NCBI GenBank assembly: GCA_043818055.1
Contig: JBDRGF010000002.1
Span: forward strand, 1 to 58,497
Source of the DNA: Pseudomonadota bacterium
Lineage (GTDB): Bacteria; UBA10199; 2-02-FULL-44-16; JBDRGF01
Length of the DNA stretch: 58,497 nucleotides
Direction: 5' to 3'
The translations under genes were made by a program, and so were the position numbers. A model generated the notes under the pieces. That model was not told where the DNA came from and made no database searches. It saw only the letters and a list, made by a program, of their open reading frames with translations. Positions 9,722 to 18,489 of the stretch are shown one piece after another (the stretch's first letter is position 1; each line of letters begins with the position of its first letter).

Positions 9722-9956
9722 AGAGAAATTGAAAGCATATGCCACGATTACTCTCGACAAGTGTTTTGTAATACGTGATTTGAGAGTGATCGAGGGCAAA
9801 AAGGGGTTGTTTATCGCGATGCCTTCGAAACGTCTGAAAGACGGAAGCTATAGGGATATCGCCCATCCGCTTGATAGTGATACCAGGCAGGAGATTGAGG
9901 ATAGAGTAATTGCAACGTACAGAGACTGTCTCTCTCTATCCCCAGTGACTGCTTAA
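9684..9956 (+). CDS. spoVG: septation regulator SpoVG
   Basis: MEITEVKV, KLKAYATI, GLFIAMPS, YRDIAHP. Confidence 0.95.
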   Translation: MEITEVKVFPVSEEKLKAYATITLDKCFVIRDLRVIEGKKGLFIAMPSKRLKDGSYRDIAHPLDSDTRQEIEDRVIATYRDCLSLSPVTA

Positions 9957-9983
9957 ACTTAATCACTTGATTAAAAAGAGTTT

Positions 9984-10058
9984 TGGGGCGTCGACAAGCG
10001 GTAAGTCACCAGATTTTGGATCTGGCATTCGGAGGTTCGAATCCTCCCGCCCCAGCCA
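9984..10058 (+). tRNA. tRNA-Gln(TTG)
   Basis: Cloverleaf tggggcg...cgcccca-gcca, anticodon arm ccaga-ttTTGga-tctgg, T-arm ggaggttcgaatcctcc, encoded CCA. Confidence 0.95.
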
Positions 10059-10073
10059 TTTTTAGAGGATTTC

Positions 10074-11021
10074 ATGGTAGGTAATTCCAGTTTGAAAATC
10101 TTTAGTGGAAATGCGAACCGGTCGCTCGCAGAGGCGATCGCCCGTGAGTATGGAACTAACTTAAGTCCTGCGAACGTTGCACGTTTTTCAGATGGCGAGA
10201 CTTGGATTGAAATACAGGATAGCGTGCGCGGTTCGGATGTTTTTGTGATTCAACCTACAAGTCATCCGACGAACGAACACCTTGTCGAACTTCTGTTGAT
10301 GATAGATGCTCTAAAAAGGGCATCAGCTGAGCGTATCACGGCTGTGATTCCATATTACGGATATGCAAGGCAGGATCGGAAGGTGAGCGCAAGGACTCCG
10401 ATCAGTTCGAAGTTGGTTGCAAATTTGATTACGACTTCCGGAGCGGATCGTGTGCTCACGATGGATCTTCATGCCGGACAGATTCAGGGTTTTTTTGATA
10501 TTCCGGTTGATCATCTGTATGCGAAGCCGATATTGCTCGACTATTTGAAAAATGAATTGAATGATCATCTGGTAGTGGTTTCACCAGATATGGGTGGCGC
10601 TGAGATGGCCCGCTCATACGCGAAACAGCTGGGTTCCCCGATGGCATTGATAGATAAACGAAGGCCCAAACCCAATGTCTCTGAGGTTATGCATCTTGTC
10701 GGTGAGGTTGAAGGGATGAGGGCTGTGATAATCGATGACCTTGTCGATACTGCGGGAACTTTGGTCCAGTGTGCAAACGCTTTAAAAAAGCATGGAGCTA
10801 CTGAGGTCTTTGCATGTTGTACGCATCCTGTTCTCTCAGGCCCTGCGATTGAAAGAATTTTGCAATCCGGAATTAAAGAGATGATTGTTACAGATACGAT
10901 ACAATTAAAAGAAGCAGCAGCCAATTCCGGAAAATTTAAAGTGATATCGGTTGCTAAAATTTTAGCAGAGGCGATCCGGAGGATCCACAGCTTCGATTCG
11001 GTATCGTCGCTGTTTGTATAG
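10074..11021 (+). CDS. prs: ribose-phosphate pyrophosphokinase
   Basis: FSDGE, PYYGYARQDRK, DLHAGQIQGFF, IDDLVDTAGT. Confidence 0.97.
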   Translation: MVGNSSLKIFSGNANRSLAEAIAREYGTNLSPANVARFSDGETWIEIQDSVRGSDVFVIQPTSHPTNEHLVELLLMIDALKRASAERITAVIPYYGYARQDRKVSARTPISSKLVANLITTSGADRVLTMDLHAGQIQGFFDIPVDHLYAKPILLDYLKNELNDHLVVVSPDMGGAEMARSYAKQLGSPMALIDKRRPKPNVSEVMHLVGEVEGMRAVIIDDLVDTAGTLVQCANALKKHGATEVFACCTHPVLSGPAIERILQSGIKEMIVTDTIQLKEAAANSGKFKVISVAKILAEAIRRIHSFDSVSSLFV

Positions 11022-11028
11022 AAAAAAA

Positions 11029-11105
11029 AAGTGCTTAAATGCTTGAGTTTCTAAGTGCTTAAGTTTTTGACTTACGCACTTAAGCACTTAGACACTTAAG
11101 CACTT
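11029..11105. repeat. palindrome built from tandem 8-mers (AAGTGCTT x4 ... AAGCACTT x4)
   Basis: aagtgctt aaatgctt gagtttct aagtgctt aag...ctt acgcactt aagcactt agacactt aagcactt. Confidence 0.8.
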
Positions 11106-11122
11106 ATTCAAGGAGGATTAAA

Positions 11123-11827
11123 ATGTTACGCATGGATTTGACAGCACAAAACAGAGAGAAGGGAAAAGGCAAATGTAGAAGGCTTAGGAATAGTGGATTT
11201 GTTCCAGCCGTTCTTTATGGAGCCGACACGACTCCCAAGAACTTATTCGTCAATGCTAGAGAGATCGAAGCTTTGGAGAAGAAGGCTGAAGGTTTTAACT
11301 TTCTGATCGATCTTAAAGTCGAGGGAGGAGAGGATACTTTGGCTATGGTTAGGGATTATCAGGCAGATCCGATCAAAAGATTTCTCACTCATCTCGATTT
11401 GCAGAAGATCGATATAAATAAAAAACTCGAGGTCGAAGTTCCGGTTATTCTCACCGGTATTCCGATTGGTGTGAAGGACGAGGGTGGAGTTATTGATCAG
11501 AGCAGAAGGTCTTTGCATATCCGTGCTCTGCCGACAAACATCCCCGCACATATTGAGATCGATGTTTCCGCGATGTCCATTGGCGATAACGTCCATGCTA
11601 ATCAGGTAGCTCTTCCAGAGGGAGTTGAATTTCCTCATGATACGAACTTCACAATTGTCACCATCGTTCCTCCGACCAAGATTGAGGCTGCTGTGGTAGC
11701 GGTTCCTGTCGAGGGTGAAGAGGGTGCAGTTGTTGAAGGTGTTGAAGGCGCAGCGCCTGCTGAAGGTGAAGAGCCAAAGACCGATGTTAAAGCTGATGCT
11801 ACTAAAGCTAAGGGTAAGAAGGAATAG
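11123..11827 (+). CDS. rplY: 50S ribosomal protein bL25 / Ctc (long form)
   Basis: RRLRNSGFVPAVLYG, QADPIKRFLTHLD, PIGVKDEGG, acidic tail; prs-ctc-pth context. Confidence 0.95.
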   Translation: MLRMDLTAQNREKGKGKCRRLRNSGFVPAVLYGADTTPKNLFVNAREIEALEKKAEGFNFLIDLKVEGGEDTLAMVRDYQADPIKRFLTHLDLQKIDINKKLEVEVPVILTGIPIGVKDEGGVIDQSRRSLHIRALPTNIPAHIEIDVSAMSIGDNVHANQVALPEGVEFPHDTNFTIVTIVPPTKIEAAVVAVPVEGEEGAVVEGVEGAAPAEGEEPKTDVKADATKAKGKKE

Positions 11828-11859
11828 TAGCGTACTTCTGAAAGGAGTTGTGTTTTAGC

Positions 11860-12414
11860 GTGAAATTAATAGTCGGTTTGGGAAATCCCGGGAAACGCTA
11901 TAAATTTCAAAGGCACAACATAGGTTTTGAAATTGTAGAAGAGCTGGCAAGCCGCAACTCAATATCGCTGGCTAAACGTTCTTTTAAAGCAATAATAGGA
12001 GTTGGTTCAATAGAGGGTGAGGCTGTAATTTTGGCAAACCCGCAGACCTATATGAATCTTTCAGGAGAATCGGTCTCATCCCTTATGGGTTATTACCGCA
12101 TAATTCCTGAAGATCTTCTGGTCGTTCATGACGATCTCGACTTCGACCTTGGCAGAATGAAGCTCGTTTTTTCAGCGGGTGGAGCAGGTCACAGGGGAGT
12201 CGGTTCGATTATGGAGTCTTTGGGCACGAAGGCTTTTTATCGTTTGAGGGTAGGAATTGGCAGACCCCCTGAGAGGATGGATCCGGCGGATTTCGTCCTT
12301 CAGAAATTTCCTTCAGGTTCAGAAGATTTAGTAAAAGGTTTGATCGACTCCGCAGTGGATAAAATTAAAGAATTTCTCCTTGGTTCCCGGATAGGCCGGA
12401 AACCTGAAGAGTAA
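11860..12414 (+). CDS. pth: peptidyl-tRNA hydrolase
   Basis: LIVGLGNPG, RHNIGF, PQTYMNLSG, VHDDLD, GHRG, RLRVGIGRP. Confidence 0.96.
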   Translation: MKLIVGLGNPGKRYKFQRHNIGFEIVEELASRNSISLAKRSFKAIIGVGSIEGEAVILANPQTYMNLSGESVSSLMGYYRIIPEDLLVVHDDLDFDLGRMKLVFSAGGAGHRGVGSIMESLGTKAFYRLRVGIGRPPERMDPADFVLQKFPSGSEDLVKGLIDSAVDKIKEFLLGSRIGRKPEE

Positions 12415-12452
12415 GCCGATCGATCGGTTTATAATTTTTAACCGTAAGGAGG
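12376..12452 (+). promoter_or_regulatory. putative bS6:bS18 ribosomal protein leader (autoregulatory RNA)
   Basis: ctccttggtt (12376-12385) can pair with aaccgtaaggag, which covers the rpsF SD; an adjacent ccc tract; position immediately 5' of rpsF-rpsR. Confidence 0.55.
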
Positions 12453-12457
12453 TTATT

Positions 12458-12886
12458 GTGAATGAGTACGAGACTCTCTATATCTTAAGGCCGGAGCTCT
12501 CCGAGGCCGATCAGGATGATCTTGGAAATCGTTTTTCAGAGATTATCAAAAAGCACAAAGGCGGTGTTCTTTTTAACCTGCCGATGGGGCGAAAAAGTTT
12601 TGCCTATCCCATCAAAAAACTGAAACAGGGATACTATTATTGCCTTGATTACGCGGCTAACGGCAGCGTAGTTAAGGAGCTCGAGCGTTCGATGCGCCTC
12701 GATGAAAAGGTATTGCGTTATTTAACTGTTCAGCGTGCTCCAGATGTTGATTTTGAAAAAAGGCTGGCTGAAGTTAAAGCTAAGGGTGAGGACAAGCTTA
12801 AGGAACTTTCTAAGGAGGGTTCTGAAACAAAGCTTGATTCCAACAAAAATAAAAACGATGACAATACAGAAACGATGGAGGAATAG
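12458..12886 (+). CDS. rpsF: 30S ribosomal protein bS6
   Basis: [36 protein letters not shown]. Confidence 0.96.
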   Translation: MNEYETLYILRPELSEADQDDLGNRFSEIIKKHKGGVLFNLPMGRKSFAYPIKKLKQGYYYCLDYAANGSVVKELERSMRLDEKVLRYLTVQRAPDVDFEKRLAEVKAKGEDKLKELSKEGSETKLDSNKNKNDDNTETMEE

Positions 12887-12888
12887 AT

Positions 12889-13239
12889 ATGAGAGAAGAA
12901 AGACGAAGAGATGACAGGAATTTCAGGGACAGGGACGACAGAGATGGTGGCGATTATAGGGATAACAGGGACAACTTTAGAGAAGGTGGCAGAGATAGAA
13001 GGCCTTCGAATTCCTACAATAAGAAAAAATTTTGCAGGCTCTGCATGGATAAAGTAGAATTTATCGACTATAAAGAGACCAGAATGCTTTTTCCTTTTAC
13101 ATCTGAGAGGGGAAAGATCACAGGCAAAAGGATCAGCGGATTGTGCGCGAAACATCAGAGGGATATAACAACCGCTATTAAAAGGGCCAGAATTATGGCT
13201 TTGCTGCCTTTTACAGCAACACAGGTTCCATTGAAATAA
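12889..13239 (+). CDS. rpsR: 30S ribosomal protein bS18 (Zn-binding form) with Arg/Asp-rich N-terminal extension
   Basis: [35 protein letters not shown]. Confidence 0.95.
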   Translation: MREERRRDDRNFRDRDDRDGGDYRDNRDNFREGGRDRRPSNSYNKKKFCRLCMDKVEFIDYKETRMLFPFTSERGKITGKRISGLCAKHQRDITTAIKRARIMALLPFTATQVPLK

Positions 13240-14141
13240 TGAAGATTAAGAGCATAATCATAGGTGCGACTCTTTCATGCCTGCTTTATTTGAGCGGCTT
13301 TTTGTCGATGTTTGCCCCGCTTCCGATTATGGTTCTCTCGGGCAGAAAAAATGTGAGCTACGGCTTGTATGCGGCGCTCACGGCTTTTACCTTGTTCTTT
13401 TTGGTATTTAATTTCTTCCCGGCATATCTAGGAGGTCAAGGAAGCTTTGCGACTATCGGGCTGATTAATTTTTTATTTATGCTCTTTTTAGGCGTGCTCT
13501 GGTCTGAAGGCATTGCAAGAAGATGGGACATAGTTAGGCTTGGGAGTGCGACGCTCGGTATCTCTCTCTTTCTTGGTGCTGGGCTTTTATTGTTTTTCAA
13601 TGTCGAGGCCAGAGATGCAATTTCAGGAATTGTGATGAAGAGCCTGGAATTTCAAAATAGCGCTGATTCAGCGCTTATCAAAAAGGAAGTTGTGAATGTG
13701 ATTTTGAATTTCCTTCCGGCATTTGCTGTCTTATCAGCCCTAGTCGGTTTGGCCCTGAATATGTGGCTGGGAAAGCGTTTTAGCAAAGATATATTGCTGT
13801 ATAGATTTGATTCTTTAAAAGTGCCGGAATGGCTGGTCTGGACGTTGATTCTTTTTGGCGGCCTGTATTTCGTTCAAACATATCTTTTAAAGAATGAATA
13901 TATAAAGTTGCTGGCCATTAACGGTATTTTTATATCGATTGCCATCTATTTTTTTCAGGGACTGGCTGTGGCGAGCTCTTACGTTAAAAAGGCTAAAGGT
14001 CTTTTTTTACGATGGATATTTTGGCTTTCGGTAGTTTTTTTCTTTCAGTTTGTAAGTTTGATTCTTGTAGGATTAGGTGTGGCAGATGTCTGGTTTGACT
14101 TTAGAAACAGAAAGTTGAATTTGGCAGATCGAGCCTCTTAG
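13239..14141 (+). CDS. DUF2232/YybS-family membrane protein
   Basis: Multi-TM protein between rpsR and rplI; YFFQGLAV and GVADVWFDFR motifs. Confidence 0.85.
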   Translation: MKIKSIIIGATLSCLLYLSGFLSMFAPLPIMVLSGRKNVSYGLYAALTAFTLFFLVFNFFPAYLGGQGSFATIGLINFLFMLFLGVLWSEGIARRWDIVRLGSATLGISLFLGAGLLLFFNVEARDAISGIVMKSLEFQNSADSALIKKEVVNVILNFLPAFAVLSALVGLALNMWLGKRFSKDILLYRFDSLKVPEWLVWTLILFGGLYFVQTYLLKNEYIKLLAINGIFISIAIYFFQGLAVASSYVKKAKGLFLRWIFWLSVVFFFQFVSLILVGLGVADVWFDFRNRKLNLADRAS

Positions 14142-14193
14142 GTGATTAGTTTATTATTTTATCAATTTTCGATGTCTAAGAAGGAGGTTTTAA

Positions 14194-14637
14194 ATGCGAC
14201 TCATATTACAGGACAATGTTGAACATCTGGGAAGTGTCGGAGATGTTGTCAATGTTAAGGATGGTTTCGGAAGAAATTATCTTTTACCCAGAGGGCTTGC
14301 GGTTATCGCAAACGAAAAAAATGTCAAAGAGCTGGAGCATCAGAAGAGGGTGGTCGAAATTAAAAAGACCAGGGCGAAAAAGAAATTTGAAGATATGGCC
14401 ACAAAACTTTCAGAGGTATCCATAACTATCGAGCGGGAGACCAGCGAAGAGGAGAAACTGTTCGGCTCAGTTACAACGATGGATATAACGGCCGAGCTGA
14501 GTCAGAGAGGCTTTGCCATCGATCGCCATAATATCAAACTTGCTGAGCCTATCAAGCGCATCGGCGAGTATGAGGTAGAAATAAAGTTGCCTATGCAGGT
14601 GACAGGTAAAATCAAGGTTTGGGTTGTTAAAAAATGA
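14194..14637 (+). CDS. rplI: 50S ribosomal protein bL9
   Basis: LGSVGDVVNVKDGFGRNYLLPRG, KLFGSVT, PIKRIG. Confidence 0.97.
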   Translation: MRLILQDNVEHLGSVGDVVNVKDGFGRNYLLPRGLAVIANEKNVKELEHQKRVVEIKKTRAKKKFEDMATKLSEVSITIERETSEEEKLFGSVTTMDITAELSQRGFAIDRHNIKLAEPIKRIGEYEVEIKLPMQVTGKIKVWVVKK

Positions 14638-16028
14638 ATGTGAGAAAACTTCCTCCACAGGAGCTCGAAGCTGAGAGATCAGTTTTGGGAGCGCTATTGA
14701 TAGACAACGAGGCAATCGCTAAAATTGTCGACATTGTGCAGCCTGAAGATTTTTATCGCAATGCCCATGGGAAGATTTTAGATGCGATGCTCGGTCTCTT
14801 TCAGGCTAACGAACCTATCGATCTCGTAACAGTTGCCGATTCGCTAAAAAAAAGAGGAGACCTTGAAAGCATCGGTGGTGCCGCGTATCTCTCCGAGCTC
14901 ATCGATCAGATTCCGACTGCGGCAAATGTTGCGGCGTATGCCAGAATCGTTCGTGACAAATCCGTGCTGAGAGTCCTGATAGAAAAATCGACTGATATCG
15001 TTACGCGCGGTTATGAGGAGCAGGGCAACGTCGACGATTTTCTCGACACTGCCGAGCAGATGATATTTGATGTAGCTCAGAGGCGCGTGAAGAAGGGCTT
15101 TGTTGCTGTTAAGGATATCGTGAAGGACAGCTTCAAGGCTATCGAAAAATTGTATGAGCAGAAGAGCCTCGTTACAGGTGTTCCGACAGGGTATAAAGAT
15201 CTCGATCGGATGACATGCGGTTTGCAGCCCTCGGATCTTATCATCATCGCAGGGCGCCCTTCGATGGGAAAAACGAGCTTTGCAGTCAATATCGCTGAAA
15301 ATGCCTCGATCGATCACAACTTAGTCACAGCAATTTTTTCTCTCGAAATGTCCAAAGAACAGCTCGTGCAGCGCATGCTCTGTTCCCGCGCAGAGGTCGA
15401 TGCGAGTAAATTAAGGGGTGGCTTCCTCTCCGAGAGTGACTGGCCAAAACTTACGCGTGCTGCGGGATTGCTCTCCGAAGCATCTATATATATTGATGAC
15501 ACTCCTGCTATCAATGTGCTCGAGGTAAGGGCAAAGGCCAGGAGATTGCAGAAGAACAGAGGCCTCAACCTTATAGTGATAGACTATATGCAATTGATGA
15601 GGGGTGTGGGAAGGATCGAAAGTCGTGAAAGAGAGATATCTGAAATTTCAAGATCTTTGAAGGCTTTAGCCAAGGAGCTCACCGTTCCTGTCATTGCCCT
15701 TTCCCAGCTCAACCGTGGTGTGGAATCAAGGCAGGACAAACGCCCGCAGTTGTCGGATTTGAGGGAATCTGGAGCTATTGAGCAGGACGCAGATGTGATA
15801 GCATTTGTATATCGTGATGAGATGTATAATCCGCAGAGCCCCGATGTTGGAATGGCAGAGATCATCGTCAGCAAACAGAGAAATGGTCCGACAGGCAACG
15901 TGAAGCTCGCTTTCAGAAAACAGTTTACAAAATTTGACGACCTAGCACGTGGTGGCGATGGTCCCCCACCGGAATTTACCCCATCCTTTGTAGCTGAGCC
16001 AGATGCAGACGAGACGGTAATCTCTTAA
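14634..16028 (+). CDS. dnaB: replicative DNA helicase
   Basis: EAERSVLG, AGRPSMGKT, FSLEM, IDYMQL, LSQLNR, SDLRESGAIEQDAD, KQRNGP; no intein. Confidence 0.98.
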   Translation: MNVRKLPPQELEAERSVLGALLIDNEAIAKIVDIVQPEDFYRNAHGKILDAMLGLFQANEPIDLVTVADSLKKRGDLESIGGAAYLSELIDQIPTAANVAAYARIVRDKSVLRVLIEKSTDIVTRGYEEQGNVDDFLDTAEQMIFDVAQRRVKKGFVAVKDIVKDSFKAIEKLYEQKSLVTGVPTGYKDLDRMTCGLQPSDLIIIAGRPSMGKTSFAVNIAENASIDHNLVTAIFSLEMSKEQLVQRMLCSRAEVDASKLRGGFLSESDWPKLTRAAGLLSEASIYIDDTPAINVLEVRAKARRLQKNRGLNLIVIDYMQLMRGVGRIESREREISEISRSLKALAKELTVPVIALSQLNRGVESRQDKRPQLSDLRESGAIEQDADVIAFVYRDEMYNPQSPDVGMAEIIVSKQRNGPTGNVKLAFRKQFTKFDDLARGGDGPPPEFTPSFVAEPDADETVIS

Positions 16029-16051
16029 ATTTTCAGGAAGGGATTGAAACC

Positions 16052-16879
16052 GTGAAAGTCTCAGTGATAATCCCGACATATAATCGTTCAGCACAAGTTC
16101 TGAAAGCGATCGAATCAGTTCTGAATCAGGAATTTGAGTGTTTTGAGCTGATAGTCGTCGATGACGGTTCAGATGATTTGACGATCGAAGAACTTGCAAA
16201 AATAGATGATCCAAAATTCTCGTTCATAGCAGCGCCTCATAAGGGGGTTTCAGCGGCGAGAAATCTCGGTATAAAAAAATCAAAACACGAGCTCATCGCC
16301 TTTTTGGACTCAGATGATCTCTGGCTTCCGGGAAAAATATCCGCACAGGTAAAATATTTTCAGTCGCACCCCGACGTATTCATCGCACAGACAGAGGAGC
16401 TTTGGGTTCGAAATGGAAAAAGGGTTAACCCATGTAAGAAACATGAGAAGCGCTCCGGCTGGATCTTTCTGGCATCGCTCCCCCTCTGTATAGTTTCTCC
16501 ATCGGCTGTGATGCTCAAACGAGAGGTCTTTGAGAGGGTTGGGTTATTTGATGAAGAACTTTTGTCAGCCGAGGACTACGACCTGTGGCTTAGGTGTTCG
16601 CTTCATTATGAAATTCACACAATCGATGAACCTCTGATAATAAAAAATGGAGGCCATTCGGACCAACTCTCGGCCGCTTGGGGACTCGATATATGGAGAG
16701 TGCGTTCCCTTCTGAAGTTGCTCGAAAACGCTGCACTGCCGATACTCTATCGCCCTCACGTAAAATCGGAAATTAAAAGAAGATCGCACATAGTCTGTGA
16801 AGGTGCAAAGAAGCGAGGAAATGAAAAAATCTATAACGAGTTTAAATCGATAATAGCGATGATAGCGGATAGCGCTTAG
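16052..16879 (+). CDS. glycosyltransferase family 2
   Basis: VSVIIPTYNR, VVDDGS, GVSAARN, FLDSDD, EDYDLW. Confidence 0.93.
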   Translation: MKVSVIIPTYNRSAQVLKAIESVLNQEFECFELIVVDDGSDDLTIEELAKIDDPKFSFIAAPHKGVSAARNLGIKKSKHELIAFLDSDDLWLPGKISAQVKYFQSHPDVFIAQTEELWVRNGKRVNPCKKHEKRSGWIFLASLPLCIVSPSAVMLKREVFERVGLFDEELLSAEDYDLWLRCSLHYEIHTIDEPLIIKNGGHSDQLSAAWGLDIWRVRSLLKLLENAALPILYRPHVKSEIKRRSHIVCEGAKKRGNEKIYNEFKSIIAMIADSA

Positions 16880-16931
16880 CGTAGAGCGTATAGTTAGAGG
16901 ATGTTTTCTATCCGCTATACGCTCCACGCTA
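16863..16931. repeat. palindrome built from tandem 7-mers (TAGCGnn / nnCGCTA) between convergent genes
   Basis: tagcgga tagcgct tagcgta gagcgta tag ... cta tccgcta tacgctc cacgcta. Confidence 0.75.
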
Positions 16932-17588
16932 ATAATGTACTCCCAGCGTGATCCCCGCTCCAAGCGAATTATGCCATCCGCCCCTGTATATTAAAGCTCC
17001 GATAACCGGAGGAGCTGCATTGTCCAAGTTCTGGCGGACATCCTCGTAATTTAAGATGTCATATCTGACGATGATCCCTAAGAATACATATTTGTTTATC
17101 AAAAAATCGACACCTGCGCCGAAGGATGGCCCGTATCCAAATTGCGTTATTTTTTTGTCGCTTGAGAGATCGTTTCCCGGCAGCACAGCGACTCTGAAAT
17201 TCATGCCGCCTTTAATATAAGGGAGTATGAAGGTTTCGGGATTGAATACATTGAATTGATAGAAGTTGTACTTCACGCTGAATCCCGGAGCTGCAATATG
17301 CTCGCTGCGGCCGCTGTTGATATTTGTGGAATATCTTCCGTCGAATTCAAGTGCCAGCTCATCCAGTATATTCCAACCGAATATCAGTCCGAACGATGGC
17401 TCGTAGTTGCGTCCCAATCTGATCCCAGTTTGTTGATCCCTGTCGTCATCAAACTGCATGACACCCAGCTGCAACTGGATATAAGGGCCGGTAAAAAAGC
17501 CCTCAGGCACCTTTGCCAAGCTTTTCAGAGGCAAAAGGGTGGATATAACTATTAAAGGGAGTATCCAATATGATATTCTCAAGCGCAT
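16929..17588 (-). CDS. outer-membrane beta-barrel protein (OmpA-like/porin family)
   Basis: Signal peptide, amphipathic strands (PYIKGG, FGAGVDF), C-terminal LGVHY aromatic beta-signal. Confidence 0.75.
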   Translation of the reverse strand: MRLRISYWILPLIVISTLLPLKSLAKVPEGFFTGPYIQLQLGVMQFDDDRDQQTGIRLGRNYEPSFGLIFGWNILDELALEFDGRYSTNINSGRSEHIAAPGFSVKYNFYQFNVFNPETFILPYIKGGMNFRVAVLPGNDLSSDKKITQFGYGPSFGAGVDFLINKYVFLGIIVRYDILNYEDVRQNLDNAAPPVIGALIYRGGWHNSLGAGITLGVHY

Positions 17589-17724
17589 CGGGTGATTTTT
17601 TCATAAATGGCTTCGAATGGCAAAATAATAATAGAAAGTTGACACAGTGTTTTAAAAATGCGATCAAGCACAAAATCAGTTTACAGTGCGTAGTGTTTTC
17701 ATTACTCACTGTAAACTGATTTTT

Positions 17725-17799
17725 CGGGGTGTAGCTCAGCTTGGTTAGAGTGCTTGCTTTGGGAGCAAGATGTCGGAGGTTCGAATCCTCTCACCCCGA
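17725..17799 (+). tRNA. tRNA-Pro(TGG)
   Basis: cggggtg acceptor stem, cttgc-ttTGGga-gcaag anticodon arm, ggaggttcgaatcctct T-arm; CCA not encoded. Confidence 0.95.
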
Positions 17800-17860
17800 C
17801 AATAAGGGCAGTTGTTAGTGAGTAGTGTTTTCACTATGCACTAAATATAAACTGTTCTTT

Positions 17861-17935
17861 CGGGGTGTAGCTCAGCTTGGCTAGAGTGCTACGTTCGGGA
17901 CGTAGAAGTCGGAGGTTCAAATCCTCTCACCCCGA
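17861..17935 (+). tRNA. tRNA-Pro(CGG)
   Basis: cggggtg acceptor stem, ctacg-ttCGGga-cgtag anticodon arm; CCA not encoded. Confidence 0.95.
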
Positions 17936-17974
17936 CAATAAAGGCAGTTTTAAGTGTGTAGGCCGTATTAGAAT

Positions 17975-18048
17975 GCGCCCATAGCTCAGTTGGATAGAGC
18001 ATCTGCCTTCTAAGCAGAGGGTCGCACGTTCGAGTCGTGCTGGGCGCG
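17975..18048 (+). tRNA. tRNA-Arg(TCT)
   Basis: gcgccca/tgggcgc acceptor stem, tctgc-ctTCTaa-gcaga anticodon arm, gcacgttcgagtcgtgc T-arm. Confidence 0.95.
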
Positions 18049-18055
18049 CAAAAAA

Positions 18056-18085
18056 GCCGATCACCGAGAGGTGGTCGGTTTTTTT
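18056..18085 (+). terminator. intrinsic terminator of tRNA operon
   Basis: gccgatcacc-gaga-ggtggtcggt hairpin followed by a T run. Confidence 0.85.
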
Positions 18086-18091
18086 GTGTGA

Positions 18092-18210
18092 CCAGCACGA
18101 CGAGAACAAGCTGCCGAAGGCAGCTAAGTTCGATGACCAACCGACAGTATGGTTTACCCAATGCAGAAATGTCGGCGAGAGCAACGAGCCGACGCCGTGC
18201 TGGGCGCGCA
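18092..18210. repeat. tRNA-Arg 3'-end-derived element (inverted T-arm copy plus 15-bp direct repeat)
   Basis: 18092-18107 is the reverse complement of tRNA 18028-18043 (14/16); cgtgctgggcgcgca at 18196-18210 repeats 18036-18050. Confidence 0.75.
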
Positions 18211-18489
18211 CAAATTTTGCGCCAGGAAAATTTGTCCCGATACCCGATAATTTCGGGGTACATATGGAATGATGCTGGCGCAAAATTTCGTATATCGTTT
18301 TTCGAGTATCGTGTATTGGGTAAAGGAATAAATCATTCAATGTTCGAGAGGCTGAAGACCTTTCGGTCATCAGTTTTTTTGTGTCCAGGGCGACGAGGAG
18401 AGCCGCCATGTGGTGAATAGCAGTTTCCTCATAGACCAAAGCTTGATATTATTTCAATTTCCATTATAATGCCTAAAATTCAGGGGGTG

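Noticed and set aside
14634..16028. Intein in DnaB
   Set aside because: Length of 464 aa is normal and the motifs are contiguous
18036..18210. Prophage or genomic island at tRNA-Arg
   Set aside because: The direct repeats are only 160 bp apart and no integrase or phage gene is present; kept only as a mini-element finding
17889..18439. ORFs of 60-170 aa overlapping the tRNA cluster
   Set aside because: They overlap clear tRNA genes and hairpins and have no protein motifs
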